A stretch of DNA of 58,170 bases, counting the filler, from Dugesia japonica (lineage: Eukaryota): NCBI GenBank assembly GCA_001938525.1. It is 6 parts of 6 records of this genome, joined end to end, with 100 filler letters (N's around TTAATTAATTAA, not from the genome) between each part and the next. Parts side by side here need not be neighbours in the genome. Positions count along the whole stretch, not along the records: positions 1 to 9,310 come from MQRL01348151.1; positions 9,411 to 18,156 come from MQRL01593241.1; 4 more parts are not named here. The stretch is one strand, 5' to 3'. Below are positions 1 to 11,678 of the stretch, piece by piece. Both the position numbers and the translations under genes were made by a program. Every line of letters starts with the position of its first letter. The stretch's first letter is position 1. Under the pieces are notes generated by a model. It ran no database searches, had not been told where the DNA came from, and worked only from the letters and a program-made list of their open reading frames with translations.

Positions 1-249
1 CATTGAATTGTCAGACGATACATCAACGGGTCTTGCTCCATTTAATCCTTTATGACTTGTATGATTATAACTGTAAATTATTTTCGGTAATACATGAATC
101 CATGTCTTATTAACAGTATATACAAAGTACTTTTTCAATGCATCTCTCAATGTTCGATTAAATCTTTCAACATATGCTACTTCGTACTGTGAAAATACAG
201 AATAATGGTTAATTTTTAGATGATTAATAATATTCTTAACTTTGTTTGA
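1..249 (-). mobile_element. Maverick/Polinton-type (rve) integrase C-terminal fragment
   Basis: Manual minus-strand translation is open: SNKVKNIINHLKINHYSVFSQYEVAYVERFNRTLRDALKKYFVYTVNKTWIHVLPKIIYSYNHTSHKGLNGARPVDVSS. The ERFNRTL...W+.VL..++..YN.+.H pattern is typical of Polinton c-integrases. It runs off the window edge. Confidence 0.75.
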
Positions 250-450
250 ACTTACATCAACTGGTCTTGCTCAATTTAATCCTTTATGACTAGAATGATT
301 ATAACTATAAATAAGTTTCGGTAAAAAAATTATCCAAGTCTTTTTACCAACATGTACAAAGTAATTTTTCAAAGCATCTCTCTCAACATGGCCAGTTTTA
401 TACTATGAGAAAACACTAAAATGGTTTATTTTCAGATAACTAATAAGTTT
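250..450 (-). pseudogene. Second, decayed tandem copy of the same integrase segment
   Basis: 250-450 aligns with ~17-235 (tacatcaac.ggtcttgctc.atttaatcctttatgact...) with substitutions and a deletion. Confidence 0.7.
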
Positions 451-610
451 TTTTATAATTACAATTATTATGAGAATACTTGTTGAACTTAACCATTGAT
501 CGCATTTGAGATTTCATTAAAATAAAGAAAAAGCTTCGATCAAAATAAAATGTATTTGTAAAAAAGTGCAATAGATCTTTGTTACTCAATTCTTTAGATT
601 TTATCGACAT
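451..610 (-). mobile_element. Copy of the dispersed hammerhead-associated (PLE-derived) short element, 3' tail
   Basis: Carries the family tail tgttgaacttaaccattgatcgcatttgagatttcattaaaata...agcttcgatcaaaa, also seen at 45540 and 55205-55310. Confidence 0.7.
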
Positions 611-1184
611 TTTATTGGTTTATTTAATTATTAATTTTAATTTTTATTTCTAAATTAACTTTTTAAAAATTTTTATTCGATAATAATTTTTACATGTTAG
701 GAATTTTTAAAATTTTTTTTACAATAATTATATTATGTTATATTTAAAATTTTTAAATTTTGTGTTGTTTTTGTAAATAAATTTTAAAAAATTTTAAATT
801 TTGAAAATTTATTTTTTGTTTTTTTGGGTTTTTTTAAAATTATTTACTATATATATAATTAGTATTTTATTTATTTTATACTCAAACGGAAATATTTTTA
901 ACAAAATGTTTTAAAATCAATTAAAGAAAGAATTATTTTTATATTAAAATTAATTTTTTAAGACATACATTTAAAAGTTTCTTTCAAATTCATATTAAAT
1001 TTTTTTTATTTAAGTCGTATTATTTAGTTTTTTAAATAAATATATTTATTTTATATTATAATAATTATTTATTTTATATTATAATAATTATTTATTTTAT
1101 ATTATTTTATATTAAAATATTAATTATTAATATTGATATAAGCCTTTTATTTTTACAAAATTCTTTTAATTATTGTAATTGCTG

Positions 1185-1415
1185 AACACCACATTAATCT
1201 GGAGGCTTATCCTCTTTAATTAATATTTGTTCATGTTTTTTTCTGTGAAGTGTAGAAATGTAGCCTGTTCTTAATGTTTTCCATATAATATGATTATTTT
1301 CTGGTAAAACATTAGGTTTTTTTTGCAGGTGTTTGAAGACTTAACTTTTTTTTCTGTTTGAGATGTTCTTTAATTCTTGTACGGATGGTTCTGAATGATT
1401 CTCCTATATAATCAG
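1185..1415 (-). pseudogene. Penelope-like element GIY-YIG endonuclease C-terminal fragment
   Basis: Minus-strand translation DYIGESFRTIRTRIKEHLKQKKS*VFKHL...RKKHEQILIKEDKP.IN has the YIGE..R....R..EH and E..LI....P.+N motifs. Confidence 0.75.
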
Positions 1416-2252
1416 TCAAATTAAAATCACGTGATTTAATTGGTGATCTTTTTTCTGAAATCAAAAATTGAAATTTTTATTTATTAAAATAAATTTTAAA
1501 AATTTTCGACCAAATTTTAACTACTTTAAAATTTTATTTATTAAAAAGTTAAACTTTATTATTCAATAATTTTAATTTATTCAATTAAAATCAGTTAAAA
1601 AGTAGTCCTGATTATATATTAAATTTGGCAGAGCTTCTAATTTTAACATTAATACTGTTTGGAATCATCCATCATTTAATATTACTAGAAAACCACCTAT
1701 ATGAAATATTTGCTTTTTGATTTATTTCATTAAGGATAAAGTTTGACAATTATTATACTAATATTAATGAATTTTATGTTTGTTTAAATGCATCAAATTA
1801 ATTTTAAAAAAAAATGTGTGTAACCATTTTATATGAACACGTTTTAATTAGTCATAATTTTAAAATTCAGATAAACAATAAATGACTTCTTTAATTTTTA
1901 AATAGATTTTAATTTAAATGTTTAAAAAAATGAAATATTCAACCAAATCTTATGACGAAGATTAAAAATAATTGTATAATGAAAGTTAAATCCGGTAAGT
2001 CTTGTTAAATTTGAAATTTTAATTGATTTTTGTTATGTGTTACTTATGATTTTAATTTGGATTTTAGCTCGTTAGGGTTTGTTGTACAAAATGTTTCGTT
2101 TATGAAATAATATATAATTAGTTATAAATTATAATTATAATTAAAATAATAACAATTTTTTAAATATTTTTAGAACATTTAACTCAAAATTAAAGACTCT
2201 ATATTATAATTTTACTTTTCTCAAAATATGCTTGGTTCTCTCAAAAAGAGTT

Positions 2253-2476
2253 GTGGCTGTGGCTGTGGCTGCTGTATTTATTTATAATATATATGTGTAC
2301 TGTGTTATCTAAACTGTGCCGTGGAGGAATCAGATATGTAAGATTTTAGGTCTGACCACTAAAATCATACACACATTCAAACAGTCAATCACGCATTTAC
2401 CTATTATCACATACATATGTCGATTTACTTATTTAAAAGTCAATATGAAATATTATATTATTAGTCATATCTCACA
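2253..2476 (-). repeat. 3' LTR of Ty3/Gypsy element
   Basis: On the minus strand a polypurine tract AAAATGGGGGAA (2477-2490) is immediately followed by TGTGAGA. An AATAAA lies near 2280 and the LTR ends in ...GCCACA near 2253. The left boundary is approximate. Confidence 0.6.
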
Positions 2477-2489
2477 TTCCCCCATTTTA

Positions 2490-4350
2490 AAATGTTTTAA
2501 ACACTCAATATTTCTTATTATTTCTTTACAATTAGTAAGTTCTAATTTACAATTTTATCATGTATTTTCTCTATAATTATAACTGATCTTTCATATCTGT
2601 TTCCAGTTTTATGTGGACTTTCTCTTTTAATTAAAATTTCGTCACCAATATTAAATTTTCTAACTGTATTATTCTTTTCTAAATTTTTGGAATTTTCATA
2701 GTTATTTAAATTGTTTATTATTCTTTTACGCTGAAGATTTCTTTCATTTACATTGATTTTATCATTCTTAACAATCCATTCTTAGTGTAAATTTTTCCCA
2801 AAACTATTTCACCTGGAGCTACATTCGTCGTTCTCTGAATTGTGGTGTTCAAAATAAATTCTATTTCTGGTAAAATTTCAGCCCAGTCTTGCTTTTTCTT
2901 ATCCTGTAAACTAATATCTCTTTTAGTTCAAAATTGCTTTTCAAATATTCCATTATTACTATGATGATATGGACAAGAGTATTATATTCACAATTATATT
3001 CCTTAGCTAATTATTAGAATAGATTTGATTTACATGATTTTCCACGATCTGTATGTATTATTTTCGGTGCACCATATTTCAAAAACCAATTATTTTTAAT
3101 ATTTTAACAGTGGTATTTTCATCTTGATGCGAAACTGCATTGAGAGATATAAATCTATTTAATTTATCAATTATAGCTAAAGATCGTTGTTTTTTGTATA
3201 ATGCTTTCTTTAAAGGACCACAAAAATCAATATGAATGATTCCAAAGATGTCATCAGCTGGAATACTAATATTTTTTTCTTTAGTTTGAGTTGTCTGTGT
3301 TTTGCTTTATTGAGAATTTTTACAAATTGAGTAACCTCTTTTACCATTACTTCTAGGCCTTCCATATCTTACTTTTCTCTTACATGAGCTACCATCTTTA
3401 GAGATCCTTTTTGGCATAATGATTCGTGTTCATTTCTTACAAATAATTGTCTGCATTCTAAAGGAATCTAAATTTTATTATTATTTGTCATTATAATACC
3501 ATTTGAAAACTTAAATTTTGAATTCATTTCACCATTTTTAAGTTACATTTTATAATATTAATTTTTTCGGAGTTTTCTTGCCATTTATTACCATTATTAA
3601 GCTCAATTGCTAAGACTTTTGTTTTCATTATCCCTTTTTTCGCTTTTTCATGATTTATTTGACATTGAAAACAATGGTCGCAATTATTCCTCGACAATGC
3701 GTTAGCATCTTAATGACATTCTCCTTTTCTCTATTCTATAATCATATTCAAACTACTTAAATAATTGATTCATGCCTGGAATATTGGAGTAATCGGTTTT
3801 TTTGTATTAATCATAAAAGTTATGGCTTTGTGATCAGTTTGAAGTTTAAATCTTTTTCCGTATAAACAGTTTTTATAATGTTCCGTAAAATGATATATTG
3901 CTAGAAGCTCTTTTCTGGTTATACAATAACCTAACTCATGTTTACTCCTTGCTTTTGATCCATAAGCTATAACCCGTTCATTGCCTTGTTCATCTAACTG
4001 TGATAATACTCGACTAATTGTGTGAAAACTAGCATCTGTATCTAGTATGAATTCTTTGGATAAATTTGGATAAATAAGTATAGGAGCCTTCAATAATTCT
4101 AGTTTTAAAGCTTGAAAACTTTTTTACATTGATCTGACCAAATTAATTGGTTTTTATTGTTTCCACATAAAATTTCTAATATCCCCGAGGGTTTTGAAAA
4201 ATCTTTAATTGATTTAATGTAATAATTTTAAACCCTAAAAATCCACAAAGTTTTTTCAAGCACTTAGGTTGTTCAAATTCTTTAATTGTTGTTATCTTTT
4301 CTGGATCTGTTTTTAGACCATCCTTTGAAATGATATGGCCCAGTAACTTA
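2490..4350 (-). mobile_element. Ty3/Gypsy LTR retrotransposon pol remnant (RT end, RNase H, integrase), frameshifted
   Basis: ORF 3770-4093 is RNase H (FILDTDAS...VLSQ...VIAYGS...ELLAIY...LQTDHKA). The integrase region has HIDFCGP and PKIIHTDRGKS. The RT end LGHIISKDGLKTDPEK lies near 4300. Confidence 0.92.
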
Positions 4351-5829
4351 AAAAATAGACAATGATAATAAAAATTAATAATTAATTAATTAAAATTTAA
4401 ATTTTGAAATTATTTGAAATTTTTTCTTTTGGTTATTGCAAAGCTCTTCAGTAATAAAATGACCATTATAGAATTTTAAAACATTGGAAAAACTCAATTT
4501 ACATTAAAATAATACTAAAATCATACATATATTTCTTATCTTATTGTAAATATCGTTGATCATAATTGGTCGTGATTCTATTAACACTCTAAAATAAAAT
4601 ACAATAATTTACTTGAATTAACAGATTCGATCGAATACTATGATAAATATTAATTGATTTATCAAATTAATAAATATGTCCACTGATTTACTTTATTCAT
4701 TGATTTACTGCACCTATTTGCTTACTCTATCACATTGGTTTTACTCTATAACATAGATAATATAATAATTATTATATTAAACGCACATTGTAAAAAAATA
4801 TTTAACACTAAAAAGGAAATTAAAAAAATATGTATTATTGAAATTATATATCGAAATATATATTTTGTAAAAGTGTGATGAATCTCGAGGGCCAAAAAAT
4901 GTTCTAGGTGGTCAGTGGGAATTGTGTTGCCCCCCTCCATAACCTATACATTGTTTAAGGATTTATAGTGAAAAAACGTTTTCTACTAATTTTATTTCAT
5001 GTGTTAATTTTAATTCATTTAATTTATTTTTTCAAAATTTGTGATTTTTCGAGTAAATTATTAAATTTTAATGATTTTTATAATATAAATTTTTTTTACA
5101 TTAAAAACTAAGAGTTTAAAATTTTAAAAACTATTTACATAGAAAAACACTAAAAATAATAAAATTTATTGAAAAACATAATAAAATATTTAATTATTAC
5201 TATCGGTAACAAAAACACGCATAATTCTAATAATCAACCTTTTAAAATAGTTATAATAAAATATATTCAAATACAAAATAAAAACATTATTTGAAATACA
5301 AAATTTATTTCAAAATAAAAGTTCTTTTTAATCATATTTTGCTTCACTACATTGACAGTCTAAATTAAATTTTTGAAATTATGTTAACTTAATACTATTT
5401 GCGAATATATTTTACTAATGAAATCAGCATCATAAAATTTTGAAACATTAAAATAATTCAATTTATATTTTAATAATACTAAAACCATACATATAATTTA
5501 AATGACAAGATTCATTTCTAATCAAATTGGTCTGGATTCTATTAGCAGTCTAAAAATAATACAGGAATTTACTTTAATTGACTGATTTGATCAGGTATTG
5601 TGATAAATACTACATGTTATATAATGTTTTTTGTTATTTAATTTTTTTATGACTGAATAACATTCAGGTTTTAGGTACTTTATTATTAAGAATCGATGGC
5701 CTGTACCCATCAAAAAAATATGTGTAACAACTTTTATTAAGGAAAAGGAAGAGAAATTTATGATTACAAAGGAAATCCTTAGATATTGATAAAAAGAGTA
5801 TGGAATATTTTATCATCGTATAACAATGT

Positions 5830-5995
5830 ATGGATAAATTTCCATGACTTCTGTGAAATTTTGGATGAACTTCCATGACTACTCGAAAATTTTGAATAAT
5901 TTTCCCATTGTTTTACAAAGGCTTTGAAAATTTTTCAACACTTCTCTGAAATTCTTCATAAATTTCCAACACGTCTCTGAAATTCTATATAATAT
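5830..5995. repeat. Degenerate ~30-31 bp tandem repeat
   Basis: Recurrent aaatttcca..ac.tctctgaaatt units. Confidence 0.55.
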
Positions 5996-6710
5996 TCTTA
6001 CACATTTAAAATAATATTGTCATTTATCCTTCATCTTAACCATCTGACTGCATTTCTGCGTTTAACTCTGCATACAACTTGTCTGCCCCTCTGGTTTCTC
6101 CATTCCTTCTTTCCTCTAAAAATTAAAAACAAATACTTTTAGTAGTTTTTAGAAACATATCCCTCATTTCTATTTGTTTATGAATAATATGAATAAAATC
6201 CTAATGCATGGGTCATACTTAAGTTATAATCTTTCAAAGGTTGTTGCATTGATTGTATTTAGTTTTATGGTATTTAATGAACTTGGGTATTATAATTATC
6301 ATACAAATTAAATGTATGATAGTTAATTGTATCAAAATTCTAGTTATACTTATAAGAAAGTACTTTATACGTATGATATTAGTACATACATTTGAGTAGA
6401 CTTATTAAAATTTATATAAAACCAGTATATATGCTATTGAAATTAATGCTTAATTCAATAAAAAGAATAATACACTTAATGAAATTACTGTTTACCTAAA
6501 GAATGTGTGTATAATCTATTGATATGTTACTTTTGAAAATAAAATACTTAATAATAAGATATAGAACAGATAATAAAACAATTACAGCTTTATTCATCAA
6601 TATAAATCTTTTGATTCATTAATAAAATTTTTTTAGTTTAATACAAAAATTGTTTAGTTTAATAATATAAATTTAAAGTTTATTTAAATTAATAATTATT
6701 TTCACCTCAA

Positions 6711-7245
6711 ATGGATATAAATTCAAAATCTACTAGAAAAAAGAAATACTCTTTCTTTAGAAATGTTAAATTAATCAGAAGCCTGATTAATTCAGGTAAA
6801 TCGAATAATGAAATATCAGAAGCTACAGATATTTAAGTTAGCTCAATCAGTTCAGTTGCTGAAAAGATTCTAAGCGGATTGTCTGACTCTGAAATCATTA
6901 TAAAAAAAGTTAGAAAGGAACTGCATAATATAGAGGTTCAAACACATGTCTGTGCAATTGTTCAATCTGACAATGCATTAAATCAACGTGGACAAGCCAA
7001 AGTTTTCGTTGAGACGGGCATACCTCGCTCACAGCCAACCATATCTGGAATGCTAAAAAATGAAAATGTTACAAGGAAAAGACTTTCCTTGGTCCCAATC
7101 GAAAGAAATTCTCCAAGATCTAAGACATGATTATGGAATTGAAATGAATGATGTTACACTCGATAGGTTTGTATTTCTGAATGAAACTAGATTTAATTTA
7201 TATACATCTCAGAACTATGGATATTTACCCAGAATAAATTATTGA
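6711..7245 (+). mobile_element. Tc1/IS630-like (DDE_3) transposase remnant, 3'-truncated
   Basis: N-terminal HTH-like region, then SQPTIS.MLK..NVTRKRLSLVPIERNS, then a frameshift to FVFLNETRFNLYTSQNYGY (decayed F.DE.GFNL first catalytic motif). Confidence 0.8.
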
Positions 7246-7249
7246 TTTT

Positions 7250-8057
7250 CCGATACACTATCGTTCATTCTATTGATTACTGGGAGTCCAACGATTTTTC
7301 TGACGTTCTTATTGGTTTGATCGTCACATGAGTTCTTTTTATTGGTGGTTATTTTGAGATTCCAAAATTATTGGTCAATCTTCAAACCCTTGTATCTTCT
7401 TTCGGAGTCTCGTTATGATATTTTAACTAAGATTTTCGAAATCTCCGCTTTTTTTTGGTCATAATATTTTTAATTGTAAATTTTTCCACCATGGGAAGTC
7501 ATTGTTTTTGCCATATTTCACAAAATGTTTAATTTTCTTTTAAAAATAAATCATTTTAATTTGTACGATGTATTTTATTTAAAAAAATAATTTATTTTAT
7601 TTTCTTCTTAATTAATAATTTGATGTTCATTTTCTTTCGTTTTCTGATCTGAAATTAATTTAAGTTCGTCGTTTTTCTTTCATTAATTAATTTAACTAAT
7701 TATTTTAATTTATTTCTCGTTCTCCAATTATTAGTTCAATATGATTTTCTTAGTTTTGCTTAATGAACTAATTGTTATTCATTATTTTCTTTATCTGACT
7801 TTTAACTTTTATTACTCCTTTTCTTCCTTTTGGCTTTCTTATTTCTGGGGGCTTTTTTGCTGAAAATTTAGATTTTGCCGATTATTACGTTGGTCTTAAC
7901 TACCACTCCTAGTTTTTCCTTTAATTATTTCTTTCTTTCAACGAACTGTGACTTTCTTTTGTCTGGATTCTTTGTTTCCTCATTTGGTAACTATCTTTTC
8001 ACTTTCGGCTTTAACTATCGCTATTTTTATTTATGTACCAGAATTTTCACCCCAACA
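7250..8057 (-). repeat. Putative solo-LTR family copy A (TGTTGGGGTGAAA start)
   Basis: Starts TGTTGGGGTGAAA on the minus strand at 8057. Shares aaaataaccaccaat and caaggg...ccaataa blocks with the copies at 33455-34478 and 39183-40181. It abuts the truncated end of the Tc1 remnant. Confidence 0.55.
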
Positions 8058-8280
8058 AATTAATAATATAGCAAATTAAATAAATATCTTACTTGATATT
8101 GTTAAATGGCGAAATAATATGAAATTATTCCATTCAGGCCATATTTAATTAATATGTTTAAACAAAATTATTTAATAATAAATAATTGTTTAACATATTT
8201 CAATAAATAAATAAATTTAATTTAACAAAATAAATTTTAAAAAACATTAATTCTAAATGATCAATTTAAATTTTAATTTA

Positions 8281-8520
8281 TATTAATTTTAAACTCTTTA
8301 ATTTGATGCGTATTAATTTTAAGTAGATAAAATTATATTCATGTTAAATTTAAATTGATCAATGTTGATTAATATTAATTATAAGCTGTTAAAATTTGAT
8401 TCATTTTAATTTCAAACCGATAAATTTTAATTTGCATTAATTTTAAACTTTATAATTTTGATTCTTATGAATTTTATGTTGGTAAAATTTGATTCTTATT
8501 AAATGGAAACAGATAAATTC
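8281..8520. repeat. Degenerate 31-bp (16+15) minisatellite
   Basis: Alternating units such as tattaattttaaactc / ttaaaatttgattca, about 7-8 periods. Confidence 0.7.
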
Positions 8521-8539
8521 TTTTCTTAAAATCTTATGA

Positions 8540-9240
8540 ATTTTAAGGTTTATGATGAAAGGTGTATTTTAATTGACGAATTATATACTTTCTATGTAGT
8601 TGTCTCTAATTTTCTATGATGACTCCTGTATTAACCATGATGATACCTGTATATTCTATGATGAAGTGCCTATGTTTTGTTTTGAAACTATAATTTCCCA
8701 TGAAAAAGTGATAATTTTCAGTGTTTATGTGTTTATTTTCAATTATGAATCCTATATGTTACATGTTGACTTAGAAATTTAATGTGTTGTTTTAGAATTT
8801 TGTGTGATGAAATGTAAGTTCTATTACTTCTATATAACATATTTTAGAAAGGTAATGTGTCTACTTAGAATTTGACTGTGATTGAATAAAATTTTGTGAG
8901 ATAGAATGTAATTTTAGTGTTATAGATTATAACTTTTATGTGTTGACTTAGACATTTTATGCGTTAAAACGTAGAGTTTTACTTGTTTAGTATTAATTTT
9001 TATGGGCTAGATTAGGCTTTTGTGAGACGGATTAAAATTTTAAAGCGTTGACTTAGAAATTTCAATGTGATGAACTATATTTTCATAGTGACAAAATATA
9101 AGTTTAACTTGTTGGTTAGAATTATTATGTGTTGACTAAGAAAAGCTATATAACAAACTAGACATTATATGTTGACTTCGACATTTTATGTGTTGGCTTA
9201 GAGGTTTTATGAGATGTGTTATAATGTAATTATAGTGTAA
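8540..9240. repeat. Degenerate 21-bp minisatellite
   Basis: Units such as ttttatgtgttgacttagaca and acctgtatattctatgatgaa. ORF 8600-8782 is a heptad by-product of this repeat. Confidence 0.75.
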
Positions 9241-9354
9241 TGGTTTTCTTAAATTGTAATAATTTTTGTAACGATTTTATTTAAAGTTAACAATTTTTAA
9301 ATTAATAATTNNNNNNNNNNNNNNNNNNNNNNNNNNNNNNNNNNNNNNNNNNNN

Positions 9355-9367
9355 TTAATTAATTAAN
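9355..9367. other. Artificial all-frame-stop spacer TTAATTAATTAA inside an N gap (also ~18201, 32276, 40559, 49541)
   Basis: The same 12-mer is flanked by ~44 Ns on both sides five times. Confidence 0.9.
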
Positions 9368-11559
9368 NNNNNNNNNNNNNNNNNNNNNNNNNNNNNNNNN
9401 NNNNNNNNNNGAAATGACAATAAATTGAATATTTACAAAATTCAAATTCAAATATAAATATGATTGATGAATCCAAGTAAACCGAATACATCAAAATAAT
9501 TACAGACTCTTATCCGTCGCGAGTATTCTAACTCAATTACAGTCGAAAAATTTACAAATTTAATAATTTTGGAATAGTTTCTTTTCGGCAGTTGTTGTTT
9601 AGGTTCTCTGAAATGAATTGTAAAAATAAATTTATTTGGAATTACGACTAATTTACGTTTTAGATTTGAGTAAATTAATGGGAAAATAAAAGCTGAAACT
9701 TTTGCAGAAAATATCACAAAATATTGACAATTATAAATATAAATGTCGATTATATATTATGTTCATCAATATTGATTTTAAAATTACTTAACGATTTTTA
9801 CTAATTTTCTTTCAGAGCTAACATAAATTTGACAATACACTCATTCATATTTATGAACAAAATTATAAATAAATTATTTTCATAGAATCTATTATTTTCA
9901 AAGAATAAAGCATAATTTAAAGACATAAAAATTTACAATATACTACTGTTTTCAAAATGTAAGATGACTTTATCATTTTAAACTCGAGTGACAGACATAG
10001 TTAAACAAACTCTTCTCGTATGTTTGCCTAAGCTTTTGTTACATTTGTTATTAATTTCAATTTATTATGTCTACCTTTGATATATAATTTCATTGTTTAT
10101 TTGTATTTCAGTTTTTAAAACACGCGATATATTTGACCGAAAAGTTTACATAAATTTTTTGTGAAAAATAAAATTAATGCATCAAGAATGTATTTGGTGA
10201 TTAATTACAATCGAGAAATACTGTAGACAAATGGAGTTAGCTCATCAGAGAAGAATGTGAATCAATACTGTCGAAGAAATTAGGAATAAAGTATTGGCAA
10301 ACTGTCATTTGAATGTAGGACAATAGTCTGGAGATGCTGATAAATCAATAAGTTTAATAGATATCATTTTAACGGATGTTTTTTCATTCCAAAATCATTG
10401 AATTTTCTGCAATTATCATTGGTAAGTTTCTCGACAAACATTCAACAAATATTGCTTCACAAGCATCGTATTCTTCAGAAATTTTGTTATGTAAATATTT
10501 CTTGTTAAAAATAACCGTAAGATCAATAAAGCCAAACTTAAAGAAGGTTCTGATAGAAATTTCAAAAACATTAATATTAATTTTGTTTTCAAAACTTAAG
10601 TTCAACTTGAGTAAATATTTGTTGCAACCGAGGGAATTACTTTAATGGAGACAAAATATATTTTGAGAATTAAATAAATAGTTTGTGTTTTGCTTGAAAT
10701 GTCATCTTACTTTTTGATCACAGTATGATTTATTGAAGCTACAATTCATTTCATTAATTTTATCTTGATATATATAATAATGTTGTCATAAGTTATTTTA
10801 TTATTAATCATACAAATCGTCTTAATAAATTGTTTAAATTTATTTGGAACATTAATTTTACGTAAAAATGAAATCATACTTTTAATCATTAGTTTAGACA
10901 AGAATAAAAGATTCCAAAATTCTGTAAATTAATTTTTTAATCATATTAAACTTATAAAAAGATTTTAAAAACTATTAGAAAATGATTAAATATAAAAATC
11001 TGTATTTAGATATCATGATTGTTAATAGACAATAAAAGTTTAGTTAAATGTTATTATTACTGCTACTAAATTAGTATACTTTTATCAAATGAGTTTATGC
11101 ATGTGGAATACAAAAATCTTATTCATTTAATGAATTCTTTCTAAACGTTTCCTCACAGTTTTAAACTTTTCCATGGACATTGACATTAACTTATAAAGCT
11201 ATTAATTTGTAGATGTATGAGATCAATAAAAACTAAATAAAGAGAACTTTATTATTACGCCGTGATAAACCTATCAATCTGAATTAGTGTACACCGTAAT
11301 ATATCTTGACTGAATCAATTGATTTAATCCGGCAGCGGATAAATGATGTCTGAGGGATAAGAAATAATAGAAAAGTTTTGTTTACTATAATTAGTTGCCA
11401 GGAAAAGCGTACTGTACAACTGATTAATATTCTTGAAGATATAATGCTGAAAATTCCATACAATTAGAAACTTTTAAAATATGTTGAATGGATTTAAACG
11501 CTTTGCACTAACACACAAGATACTCATAATCAAGATATTAGATTCTTTCTTGTAAGGTT

Positions 11560-11678
11560 ATCTCTAACCAAACACGAGGTCAGGCTACACTTGCTCATCG
11601 CTGTACTAACAAGCATTAAACCGCTAAACATCTGTGATTAAACGAGACTCGGTGTATCAAATTAGTATGATCATCAAA
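11560..11678 (-). pseudogene. 5S rRNA-derived sequence (pseudogene or SINE3-like head)
   Basis: Minus strand gatcatactaatttgatacaccgagtctcgtttaatcacagatgtttagc...gttagtacagcgatgag is colinear with eukaryotic 5S landmarks (CATAC, ACACCG..TCTCGT..GATCAC.GA.GTT.AGC, GTTAGTAC..GATG). The 3' end is diverged. Confidence 0.65.
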
